From Monocercomonoides exilis PA203 (lineage: Eukaryota; Protista; Preaxostyla), in assembly GCA_001643675.2 (NCBI GenBank), contig LSRY02000035.1, positions 124,001 to 188,000 on the forward strand: DNA of 64,000 nucleotides. The letters are read 5' to 3'. Position numbers and translations under genes: made by a program. A model generated the notes under the pieces. The model did not search any database. It worked only from the letters and a program-made list of their open reading frames with translations, and was not told the DNA's origin. This document shows positions 25,689-36,874 of this stretch, piece after piece (position 1 is the stretch's first letter; each line of letters opens with the position of its first letter).

Positions 25689-26665
25689 TTCCATATGAGA
25701 AATGAAGGAATCCATTTCACAGCGAAAACTGGACAGTGCTGCCCAAAAGAGAAAGGAAGACTGGGAGACGAAAGATGAAGTAGCATGATATACACAAGGT
25801 CACAAGCCAAGAAAGCAGCTATTATTTATGATTTAAGATTCTCAAGAAAATGTGAAGATGGCAAAACATCAACTTCCAACTTATAGCTGTTCTCTCAATA
25901 TGAAGAAAAGAATTCGTATTTCTGTTTTCTTTCTAAATATAGATATGATTCAGAATTATTGATATCAGTGTGTCTTTGGTTTTGTCTGGTATTATCATCA
26001 TAAATCAATCACCTGCTCTTCCACCTTCCAACCTTTCGACTCCTCCAAAACTCCAAATCAATTTCTTCTTTTTTCCTTTATGGTATTTCCTTCTTCTCCA
26101 GACTGCTTCGTCTGTCTCCACAATCTTCCCCTCTCCTCCGATTTGATGATCGTTTCTGCTTCAAATTCGCATGCATCTTCACCACATTTCACTATTCCTA
26201 CATGGTATTGTTTTTCTATTCACAGATAACAAAATTGCAACTGTTGTAATTGGTATTTTTTAACCAGAGTTATAGTTGCATAAGCAGAGAAACTCAAAGG
26301 GGTTTGTTCATATTTCCGAATACTGTTTCTTCATGAACAGAACTCTTGAATTCTCTGCATCTTGTGCTAATCCAATATCTGCATCCTTTTTCAATTCTTC
26401 AAGTTTTTTCTATTTTGTGAATTCTGCACACTGGTGCAAGTCCATCTCGCAGTACTGTGAAATACCAATTCCACGCTTTCTCTTCGTCATCATACGTACG
26501 ATTCATCAATGAAATTGTTCTATCTTTCAAGATCAAATTAGGTTCAGCCACTAAAAAATGTTGATCATTCACTTTAATTGAGAAAAATTATTTGATCACA
26601 AAATTTTCTGAGAAAATTTATTAACTAGTTTTTACACAAATTTAACTACTTTTAATAGTGAAATT

Positions 26666-27125
26666 TATACCTCTGTGACATGACAAGAGAAAATTGAAAA
26701 AATGACAAAATGACTGACAAGATATTTATGATTTGTCATAAAAAGTTATTGATAACGATTTCATTATTCTTAATTACAATAATAATTTATTTGAAAATCC
26801 ACATGAAATAATTCTTATAATTTTGAAAAAATCAATTTTTTTCTTATGTGATCAAGTTCCCAATATTTATTTTATTTGACACGAAATGTCAGTTGAGGAA
26901 TATTTTTGTCACACATTGTCATTGACAGTCACTGACCGTCGCTGACAAAAGAGAAAAAACGACAAAATATAACACATGCTATCAACAAATCTTTTCCATA
27001 GTGCTTTGAAAAGTCTTTAGAAGTTTTAGCAATATTTTATTTTATATTAATTTTAAAAAAAAAAATTTTTTTTTTTTTTTGTGACAGACGACGTTTCAAG
27101 TAATTTGTCAGGTCACAGAGGTATA
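26666..27125. mobile_element. 460-bp MITE with 21-bp TIRs and 9-bp target duplication
   Basis: TATACCTCTGTGACATGACAA at 26666 versus TTGTCAGGTCACAGAGGTATA ending at 27125 (1 mismatch). Flanks are AGTGAAATT and AGTGTAATT. Many internal TGAC/GTCA motifs. Confidence 0.85.
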
Positions 27126-27550
27126 AGTGTAATTATTCATCATTTATTTGTTTAGAGATTTTTGAATGGTTTTTAAATGGCTCGGTATAATACACTTTTG
27201 CCGAATATTAAGTATACAAATATATTTTTTTTTTAATTGTCAAAGTTTGTATTTCAAATTTTGTGGAACTTTTGTTTTATTTGAGAATAAAACCATTGTG
27301 ATTGTTAACAGGCATGGCAATTTATAAAATTAATTTAAATTCTCAATGTCTCTGCAAAATTTGAATTCATTTTGGCACATGTTCACTTAGCCGTACAAGC
27401 CAAAAATGATTTTTACAACTTTGTTATGTATTATTAATTGTTGTTATGCATTAATAAAATGTGAACAATTGCAGGTTTTTGTTATTGACATTTTCAAAGT
27501 GAATGAAAAAATCATAAAAAAATAAAAATACTTTAAAATGATCAAAAATG

Positions 27551-28591
27551 TTATGATTCAGAATATTCACTAGCATCCGCTCCATCTCCTGGATCGTCAT
27601 AATTTTCTTCATGAATTTCAACTGCTTCCTGTTTAATTTGGGGAACATCTGCTTCATCGTCTCCTTCTCCATCATCATAGTCATGGGCAAATGCAGCTTC
27701 AGTAGGTTTGTTATTTGTAACATTCCTCACATATTCTGTGAATAGCATTTCTTTTTCTCGATAAAGCAAAAATGAAGCAATAAAATCATCAATAAACTTT
27801 TCTTTGATTCCACTTGGAGACAATGATCTTCTGAAATGAGACCAACAACCTTCTATCAAATTAGTGCATACTCCTGTTTCTGTGTTTTTGAATTCGTATT
27901 TATGGCAAACTGTCATATGTTTGTAACCTAATTCATTCAAATACTTATTCTCACCCCACTCATCACTGAAAATCGTTGGTAATTTCTGAATGCTGGCTTC
28001 AATGATGGGTTTCGGAGCATCCTTTTTTCTATTTGAAACGCTGTCAATAAAACATTCCACAACTTCATCAATTTCTTTTCTTTCTTCAAATCCAAAAAGC
28101 CAAATATGTCACTTCTTTTTCCTTTTGTGGAACTTTCTTTTTCTCAGAATTGCCTCATCTATTTCCACAACAAATCCTTCTCCTCCAAGAATAAACCTCA
28201 CACTCGACATTCGAATTCCAATTGATGCTCTTGCAACAGAATACCAATTAACGACTGTATTTCGACCAACTCCAGTCAAATATGAGCATTGATCAATTCG
28301 AATTTTTAACCAGAAATGCATATGAATAAGAAAAATTGAGTTGATTTTGATATGACTTCGATAAAAAGATGTCTCCTTCAAACATGAAATGAATTTGTTA
28401 CACGCTGAACATCTCCATGATCGATTTGTTTCATCAACTGTTGTTAGTTTCATATATCTTCTATAAGATAGGCATTTTTTCGTTTCATTGAAGTTGATTG
28501 TTTGAATGAACCACTCCCAACTCTTTTCTAAATCTTGAAAAAGCTTGTTATAATCAGTTACATCTGATTTCTTATCAGGAACAAGAGACAT
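27551..28591 (-). pseudogene. Near-intact Merlin/ISXO2 transposase with one in-frame TGA at 28109-28111
   Basis: Two ORFs in the same frame. Zn-ribbon WRCSAC, LGGEGFVVEIDEA..RKRKFHK, IFSDEW, TVCHKYEF...TGVCTNLIEGCW, and an acidic tail. Confidence 0.9.
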
Positions 28592-29257
28592 GGGTGAAAA
28601 AAGTATTAATAAACAATTAATTATTTTTGTTATAAATACTCATATTAACAAATTTTCCATATTTTGTGCACAAATAAAAAGTTTTAATAATAGTATTTTT
28701 AATCTTTTCAAAAAAATTTTCAATTTTTATATACGATTTTTCAATATTAATTAGAATTTATAATTGCTTGTAATAATATTTTTTATTGTTTCGAAATAAA
28801 ATATTTCAGAACTGTCATGAAAAATTGAGTGTGCACTGGTTTTCATTTATTATTCATTTGTGAATTAAATATAAAAAGCAAAATCAATTTTTTTCATCAA
28901 ATACAACAAAAATGATTCGATCTGGAATATATTCAGGGTGAATTATAAACACGAATATTTTTTTGAAAACCCGAATAAAAAATTTCATTTGATGTGTTGA
29001 GTATTGATTTCGTTTTTTTTCAATAATATAAAAAATAGACATTATCAACAAGCTTTTATTTCACAATTTTTTTGAGTTTTTTTTTCATTTTTATTTTCAT
29101 CAGAAGTATCTTCATTCAAAATATTCATTGTGTTGAGTTTTCCCTTTTTCAATTTTTCATCTTAAGATAAAGCCTTTTCAGTTTCTTCATTATCTTTTTC
29201 TTCATTATATGACTCTTTTCTTTCATCCTTATCTCTTTAACATTCAATTAGAATTTC

Positions 29258-30479
29258 TTAGTCTGTGATTAATTTTCCAAAATAATCAAACCTTTTTGTT
29301 CTTTTCTTCAAAGTCACGGAAGGTTCTTTTGGCAGCTTGGCTAATACTTCGTGCCACTGATGTGACAGTACTCCGCTCTTCGCAAATGAAGATTTGATTG
29401 TTGAAGGCAACAAAGAAGTTTGCAAAGCTAGTGGAAGCACATCAGCTAGTGCTTTTAATAGCAAAATAACAGAAGAAGAAGACGGTTCTTCATAATTAGC
29501 ATTTATTGTCTTTTTTGAAAACAGCAAATACTCTTCGATCCAACGGCTGTGCGATGTGAGTGGTGTGGGGCACGAAGGTGAAGACATTTCTTGAAGAACC
29601 AGCAAACTTCTTCCATAAGTTAGTCTGCGCTCTCGAAGAATAAGAATCAAGAAGGAGAAGGTAACGTTCTTCACTCTTCTTCGATGTTTCTCCTCTTTGC
29701 GTGATTCCTGGGGGCAAAACTTCTTCGACGTTAGTGAGGAATAATAATTTGGTCATTCAGCCTTCATTTTCTCACAATGCATCCAGTTGCGAACTCAGAG
29801 CAAGGTGCAGTTCAACAGGTAATTTGCGACAAAACCACAGAACGACGCTTTTTTGGGAGTAGCCATCAGCTGTATTTGCAACGACGAGAGTTGCATTAGG
29901 CATATTCATCGGTGTTTTGGAGAAACCTGCAGGCATGTCAGAAGAATGGATAAAATGAGAAGAGAAAGAATCAGAAAGTTGAAGAAAAGATTCATCAATA
30001 TTGAAGATGAGAGAATTCGAATAATGATGATGTTGATCATGAAGGTTTTATGGAAGAGTGAAAAATGGAAGAAGAGTTTGCTGATTTGATGCAGAGAGCC
30101 GTTGGATATCGACGTTTCGAGGGTGTGAAGCCTTTATCGAGGGATTCATTTTGGTGTATTGATAGGGATATGCTTTTGAAATAATGACTTCTTCATCTTC
30201 TTCATCAAAATCGTCTTTTTTCCTATCATTAATGACAGTGTTCATCTGAATATATAAAAAATAGATAAATACAACAAATAAAAAATTATGACAAAAGAAT
30301 TTCCTCATTTGTACAGCGTTGTAACTTGTCCTTCTTTCACATTCTTTTTTCAGCACTCCAAATATCGTTTCCTTTTCTTCCTGCTTGAACAATTCTGGAC
30401 TTCCATTCTGTCCTGCCTTCCTTCCTTTTTCTTCAGCTGTAAGTTGCATATCAATTGCCGAACGAGATAATTCGTTCAT
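29258..30479 (-). pseudogene. pogo/Tigger-like DDE_1 transposase
   Basis: N-terminal GQNGSP (GRP-like), NIDES, LLLLDSYSSR, VPHTTHIAQPLD..VFAVFK. Stops and frameshifts are present, with a probable AT-rich intron near 30247-30300. Confidence 0.85.
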
Positions 30480-31697
30480 ATTCGCAGCATCAGTAACCCG
30501 AGCTTCTCCATTAGCGATAATTACTGCAACACATTCTTATCTGCCTTCAATATAAAGGTTTTGAAAAGATCAAAAAAAACATACTTAATTTTTGATTTTA
30601 TTATTTTTCTAAAAATTTCCACAATATTTATGAGCAAAAATAATTTTTAATTATTCAATTTTTATTTTTCCATCTCTTTTATATTATTTGATTATGAATT
30701 TTTAAACACATATTTCACTCCAAAATATAAAATATTTGAATAAATCACAAAAAATATATTCAAAACAAAACTAATTTTTCTATCTTTAAATTTTCTATAA
30801 TAAACACTGAAAGTTAACTTTTTAACAATCAAACAATAAAAAATACAAAAAATCATGTAAGTAAAAATAATTTTTCCATAAATTAGTGTAAAAAATATCA
30901 GAAATTCACCTAAAAATTAATAATTGAACAAAATGTTCAAATTATTCAATAAATATGAAAGAATTAATTTATTATAATTTAGGAATTATTAAAAGTGATC
31001 GTTATTTCCATAATGCAATATATATGTCTAGAATTTAAAAACAATTTTTCGTATATAAAGATAAAATTGAAATATAAATTATCTTCTATATTTTATTTAT
31101 TAATAAAAGATTAATCAGAATTAAAATTATTTTTTTTAATATTTGTTTTTAAAGTATAAATTTTCTCAAAAAAACATGTTGATTTGAAGATTATGCAAAT
31201 GGAAAAATATTGTTTTTTTAAAAATATAGAAGTTGTTGAAGAAAATTGAAAGTTTATTTAATTTCATTTAATTTGATTTTATAATAACAATAATTATCTG
31301 ACATCGTTTTTTCACTAGAAAATTTTACAAAGAGTTGTTTGAAATGATAATTTAATTATTTTTATTTTGTTATTGTAGACTTATTCTTATTCAAACTCAT
31401 TTTAATATTCCTTATCTTTGTCTGATGAAATCATATTTCATTACAAAAAAAAGAAAGAAGATGGCTATTATAATGTTGAATTTGTTGATTTTTTCTTTTT
31501 CATTCTCCTTCAAACTATTTTCTTTAGTATTTGGTCGAATTACAAAAAACCTTTTCAATTTCTTGATGAGAAAACCACTTTGTCAGACATTGCAGCATTT
31601 TTTCTTGCACATAAGAACTTGATTCGTTAAAAGGGAGCTTCATCTACTGAATGATTTTGTGTAATAGTGCCTTTTTTTTATGAATATTAAAATATAT

Positions 31698-31951
31698 GGG
31701 AAATTATTTTTGTAGTCATATTATTTCATTCGAAATTTTCGGTTCAAGAATTTCCTTTGAATATGAATTATTGATCACTTCTGAGTGAAAAGGCTCAATA
31801 AAGACTTTGAATTTTTATTTCAGCTGATTCACTTAATCTTAAAACAGTTGTTATAATTTTTCAATTTATATTCAAAAGCTCTTTTCAATGACAAGCAAAT
31901 TTTGAAAAATCTGCACACCGAAAAAAGTTATGATTTCAAAAATAATCACCC
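31698..31951. mobile_element. ~255 bp MITE (family B, GGG...CCC ends)
   Basis: Ends GGGAAATTATTTTTGTAGTCAT and ATGATTTCAAAAATAATCACCC, flanked by ATAT and ATAA. The right ~80 nt match 49593 onward in reverse complement. Confidence 0.75.
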
Positions 31952-33881
31952 ATAAATAAAATATTATAGAAAGAAATTTAATGTTAAATAAAACAAAAAC
32001 AAAAAAACAAAAAATATAACAAGAAATAAACATCCAAAATTTTTCATTAGATTATTTAGAAAAATATTTCCGTTGGAAGATTTACAAAAAAATTCAAAGA
32101 GCACTTTATTCGAATGATCAATCGACATTTGCCCAAAAAAGTCTAACAGCGAATAAACATCATTTATAATACTTCCTTTCCGCAAGCTTGAATGAATCCG
32201 AGAAGATCGAGATGAAGAAAACTTTTGACAAGATATTGAAGGAATCGGATTATGGGTCAAATCAGCTTATCGCGGAAAATTTTAAATTAAAAATTAATTT
32301 TGTTACAAAATTTTTTATGAATTAACAAGCTGAAAAAATTTTTATGAAAAATCGTAATTTATGTCAAGAAAAAAAGAAATTAAAAATAAAAACATTTTGA
32401 AGAAAACAATGGAGATCACAAAATGACAGATTCCTCATTGGTCTATTTTTTTGCATTAAATGATTGTTTTCACCATTTCAACTTCGTATATAGCCAAAAA
32501 ACTGCATTCTTCTACCTGCAATTTTCGCCCTTTAACGCTTATTTTTTTGATCTTTTTTACCACTTGGAAATTCGAATTATGGATCTGATTCTTTTTTCAA
32601 TGAAGAATGATATTTAATTTATTTATAAGAACTTTTTATATGAGAATGATATTCTTCATTGGACGAATTCAATTATTCGACGAATTTTCAACAAACCTTC
32701 GATAAAAGTGTTCACTAATTTTTCTAATTTTTTTCTGATAAAAAAATTTTCAAAAAAATTTTTATAAATCCAAATCACCTTAAAAAAATTTTTTTTCAAT
32801 TTTAGAAATAGTTAAATAATGAAAAAATAACAATACATGTTTTTTTAAATTATAAATAATTTTTAAGAATAATTGTGATTAACTATAAGAAAACATTAAT
32901 ATGGGAAAAATGTCGTTTTCTAAACGCGAATCGACATTAAATTCTCGATGCAATGTTCTATGGCAAGAAATTAAGCGCATCGGTGGAGATGACGTGGATT
33001 CGTTGCTTGCCTATTTGTTTTACACTTACAGGCAATCATCATCAGTAATTAACGATTTACTGAAGACATTGAACGGTTTGGTTTTTTATTTTTTTGTATT
33101 GTGTTAAAAATATTATTTTTACTCTCTGTTGTTTTTTTCTTTTTTCACTTGTTTATAATTTAAATTTTTTTGACAGAATATCACATAAAGCTGCTGGAAG
33201 ACCTGTCTGTGGTGTACAACAACGCTCCGTTGCACACTCAGACAACAATGCTTCAAGCGCTGTCCTGCAACACATCATTATCCGATTTACTGGACGATGG
33301 ATATGATGTCACAGAAGGAAAATTTATTTACGCCAAACATACGCTCAAAAAGAACCAAGGCTTTATCATTCCTCCTCAAAAACCTCATCTTCCGTCTTGC
33401 AAAAGTGGTTTGAATTTGTAAATATTTTTAAAATTATTTTCTTTGCTTATTTAGGCTTTAATGAACAGGAATGGGAAAAGGGCAACAACTGGATGTTAGC
33501 CCATTCGACTGCAGCCTCAACTTCGCTTCAATGTGCAAAGAAAAAGCAGCGAACTGAGCCGGACTATGCGAGATTTATTGACGAAGCTGCGTGGGATGAA
33601 GAAATAATTACGGAAAATTCTTCTTCATATAAAAAACAATCTTCTTCTTCTTCTTCAACATCTCAACAAAATAAAAAATCAAAAACCATTTCTGAAAAAA
33701 ATTCTTTATGAACAAATTCTTCACCTTCTCAACATATTGAAACTCCAATCAGCACTTCAATAAGGAGAGAAAGGAGGTGAACAAAAAGAAAAACAAATAA
33801 TTCACAGCATAAATGTCATTCATCTCCTTCACACATTCCAATTCACATATTTTTCAAAACAAAGCAATCGTCATCCACTTT

Positions 33882-34000
33882 CTCATCTTCCTCATCTTCC
33901 TCATCTTCCTCATCTTCCTCATCTTCCTCATCTTCCTCATCTTCCTCATCTTCCTCATCTTCCTCATCTTCCTCATCCTCCTCATCCTCCTCATCCTCAA
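33882..34000 (+). repeat. 9-bp tandem repeat (TCATCTTCC)n encoding a poly-Ser linker
   Basis: Visible tandem array that reads as Ser in the transposase frame. Confidence 0.93.
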
Positions 34001-34341
34001 CATCTTCCAAAAAGCAACAAAAAGAAACAACAAACTCTTCTTCCTTCAACAACAATGATGTGTGCATGAGTGATCTATTGATTGAATATGCCACTTCACC
34101 GACTCTAATTCCACCACAAGCATTTCAAAATCTTTTTTCATCATTTTCAAAAGAGAACAACACTTATTCGTCTCAACATAACACACCAGCCGATGAGAAT
34201 GTTATTTCACATAATGATAATACTGCACAGATCACGATGAATAACAATCAAACAGATTTTTCTCATTCAAATTCTTCTCCTTCCTTATCAACCTCTTCAA
34301 AAATAATGTCATCACTTTCTTCTTCATCAACATCAATAAAA

Positions 34342-35160
34342 GGATTAATTAATTTAGGAAACACATGCTATCTTGCATCTCTTCTTCAATGTTTGACATC
34401 AATTATTTCGCAAAAACCATCTTTAATCAAAAAACAAACATCTTTGAAGAACACATCTTCGCGTGTTATTAGTGTTTGTCAACAACTTACCAAAGATGGA
34501 ATGGCAGTGCGTTCGTGGGGACCATCACTGATCAATAAATGGGAAGACTTTTGCATCTATGGCAGAAGGCTGCAGCAAAATGTGGATGTGGCGTTTGACA
34601 ATCTTCATCAACTTTTCATGAAAGATGAATTGATAAATAAGGACACCTTCAATCCTGTTTTTTTCACTCATTTCAAATGCCAAAAATGCCAACAAATTTT
34701 ATCACGTTTCAACGAAGCTTGCAACAACGTGGTAATTAATTCATCTTCTCCTCACAAAGGTCTATCATCTCTCTTTGTAACTGAGATATTGGATGGAAAG
34801 AACACCGTTTATTGCAACGATTACAAAGAGAAATGCTGTTCTGCGAGATGGGAGGAAATGGCTGCATTTCCAGAGGTGCTGGCCCTCTGTCACGAATGCA
34901 CTGACTCTGCTTGCTCTGCTCCTTCAAAAAAACTTCTGATTGAAACTGATCGTATTCACCAGCGATCGTTTATCAAAGGGTTTTCAACAGAAAACGTTCA
35001 ACATGTGCAAAAGAACAATAAGGAAACGATCATTTATTATCTTTCTGGACAAATATTATTCAAACGTCTGGATCAAAGAAATGTACATTACATTGCTATG
35101 GTAAAAAGGAAGAGCGAATTTAAGAATTCTTGGTAAATCTGTAATGATGCTGACGTGATA
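34342..35160 (+). other. USP (peptidase C19) catalytic domain within the transposase
   Basis: Catalytic Cys codon at 34366, QQN at the QQD box, CQKC/CNDY finger motifs, PEVLAL, His at 35086, Asn-Asp at 35143-35148. Confidence 0.88.
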
Positions 35161-36736
35161 GAATTGGATAGTGATTATTGGAATTCGTCATGGAAAGATC
35201 TTTTCTCCCAGGGTTACACTCCTTCACTTTCATTCTATACCAAAGAAAAAACAAAACCAACGTTTTCAACTATTCAATTTGGTGGTTCCTCCTCTTCTTC
35301 AGAAACATCTAATAACAACACTTTAAATAACTCATCATCATCTTCAACAACAACATCGTCATCTTCATTCATCACACCTCCTCATCGTTCAACTTCCATT
35401 CCTCCACTCTCTTCGTCAATTTCAACAAGTTATGGATTGGAAGCATTGAAAGAAAAAAGAAAGAAAACGGGTATCTTTTCTCCAAATGAAAAGAGATTAA
35501 TCTTCAAGCCCAAAACCAAATTGTGGAAAGAGTTTTCTGAAGAAACGAACATCAAAGTATCTCTTTCCCACTTCTACAAACTCACCACCAACTTCTCCAA
35601 AGCGAAAAGACGAACGGATCTTTGCGGAATGTGCGAGAAACTCAACTATCTCGAGAACAAACTTAAATCTTCTCAAAACAAAAATGGACTTTCTTCTGCC
35701 GAGTTTCGCACACTCAAACTTCTTCGTCAACACCGACTTGTTGCAGAAATGCAACGCAAACATTATCAATCAACTGTTGATAATCTGATAGAGGGAGAAG
35801 CAGTCTTCGTCTTCGACTTCAAAGAGAAGTGGAAACTGCCAATAAGAAAGAACCAACTTCAACAGGAATTCTTCAACTATCAACAAGTATCTCAATTCAC
35901 AATCATCTCTCTTCAAAAAATAAATGATCAACAAATAAAAAGAACATTCAACTTCTTCTCCGACTGTCTCTCAAATGATCACAAATTTGTTATTTGATAT
36001 CTGGAATCTGTGATCAAAAGACACTTCTTCTCAGACACTCACACTTTTAAGTTCTTCTGCGATTCAGGTCCACACAACCGAAATCGCTTCCTTCTTCACT
36101 TCATCCTCTCCAAACAATCGAAACTTCTTAAAAAGAAAAATACTCAACTCAACTTATTCTCTGAGCACCATGGAAAAAATATTTGTGATAGTGAATTTGG
36201 TGCACTTGTGAACACAATCAACAACAATCTTTCTGCTGAACACATCACCACACTTCATAACTTAATCAACTTTTCCGTAAACAATATGAATACATCGGCA
36301 TCTGCTTCATCGACATCACGACAAGACATTTTTGAATCATCCTCAACCAATTCTTCTCCATCATCTTCAACTGTCAATAACTCTGTGCATGAGAGGTTCT
36401 TTGAAGAGTATTTTCCATCTCAGCAAATTTCATACCCTTCATTGTCAGTCCCTCATATGAAGGACTTCTTGTATTTTGAGCGCAAGGACTCATTTATCTG
36501 TGCTTCAGCTGTTGGATATCTTCCTCAACGCTCTCTGGTTGCCCTCGAATCTTCGACAATGAAAGAAAAAATTCAACGTTCAAGAAAGACCTTCAACTCT
36601 GATATCACATCATCTAACTCTTCTCTTCTTTCTCAATCTTCTCAAGATCTTCTTGAAAGAAGATATGAGCTTCTTCTTGACTCTTCTTCTATTTGTGAAT
36701 CTCAAAATTGTTTTAATGGTGTCCCTTTTTAAGAAA

Positions 36737-36874
36737 CTAGTTGTTGTGCATGCTTAGCTGGCACTCTATCGGAAGAGTGCTGGACATGACTGTTCGTATT
36801 AGATACTGCAGCCCCTGGGCTGCTTTATCCGGACCTGGATACGACGAACAGCCTCCCAGGTGCACAATAGTTGG
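36737..36874 (+). ncRNA. Candidate structured RNA element directly 3' of the transposase stop
   Basis: Five nested stems found by eye: 36737-50/36861-74, 36758-67/36774-83, 36790-97/36844-51, 36808-14/36817-23 and 36826-31/36836-41. Mismatches are G-U on the plus strand. The segment is GC-rich against an AT-rich background. Confidence 0.4.

Larger units (their letters stand above)
21594..25944 (+). mobile_element. DIRS1-type tyrosine-recombinase retrotransposon (decayed)
   Basis: Contains a gag-like region, RT, RNase H, Dam-like methyltransferase and YR. Inverted terminal repeats at 21613-21653 and 25891-25931 match at 33/41 by eye. Removing the element restores the flanking Merlin reading frame. 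Confidence 0.92.
20932..27202 (-). mobile_element. Merlin/ISXO2 DNA transposon interrupted by a DIRS element and a MITE
   Basis: N-terminal half ~25945-26560 (IGGEGKIVETDEAVWRRRKYHKG...FGGVER...IILNH) rejoins the C-terminal half 21142-21593 (ILIGTKIFVDEW...TVCH...TNTIEGLW). Degenerate GGCAAA-starting inverted ends lie at 20932 and 27202; the outer ends are less certain than the gene. Confidence 0.75.
32901..36732 (+). pseudogene. Sola-type (Sola2-like) DDD transposase with an internal in-frame USP/peptidase C19 domain; 3 exons and 4 in-frame stops
   Basis: Exons 32901-33075, 33177-33407 and 33455-36732 join in frame through GT-AG introns. Transposase motifs: SLSHFYKL, TDLCGMC, FDFKE (D 35815), FCDSGPHNRN (D 36061), EHHGKNICDSEFG (D 36187). 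USP Cys box GLINLGNTCYLASLLQCL and His box VHYIAMVK...W*ICND. Confidence 0.82.

Noticed and set aside
36745-36870. HDV-like or hammerhead ribozyme, or a true SRP RNA
   Set aside because: No CUGANGA/GAAA core. The minus-strand HDV fit leaves no room for P3/L3. The SRP-like word lacks the pairing around the tetraloop.
33709-36874. Selenocysteine or readthrough decoding of the in-frame TGAs using the 3' structure as a SECIS
   Set aside because: One stop is TAA at a position normally Tyr/Phe, the structure lacks the AUGA/GA quartet geometry, and neighbouring TEs carry similar nonsense mutations.
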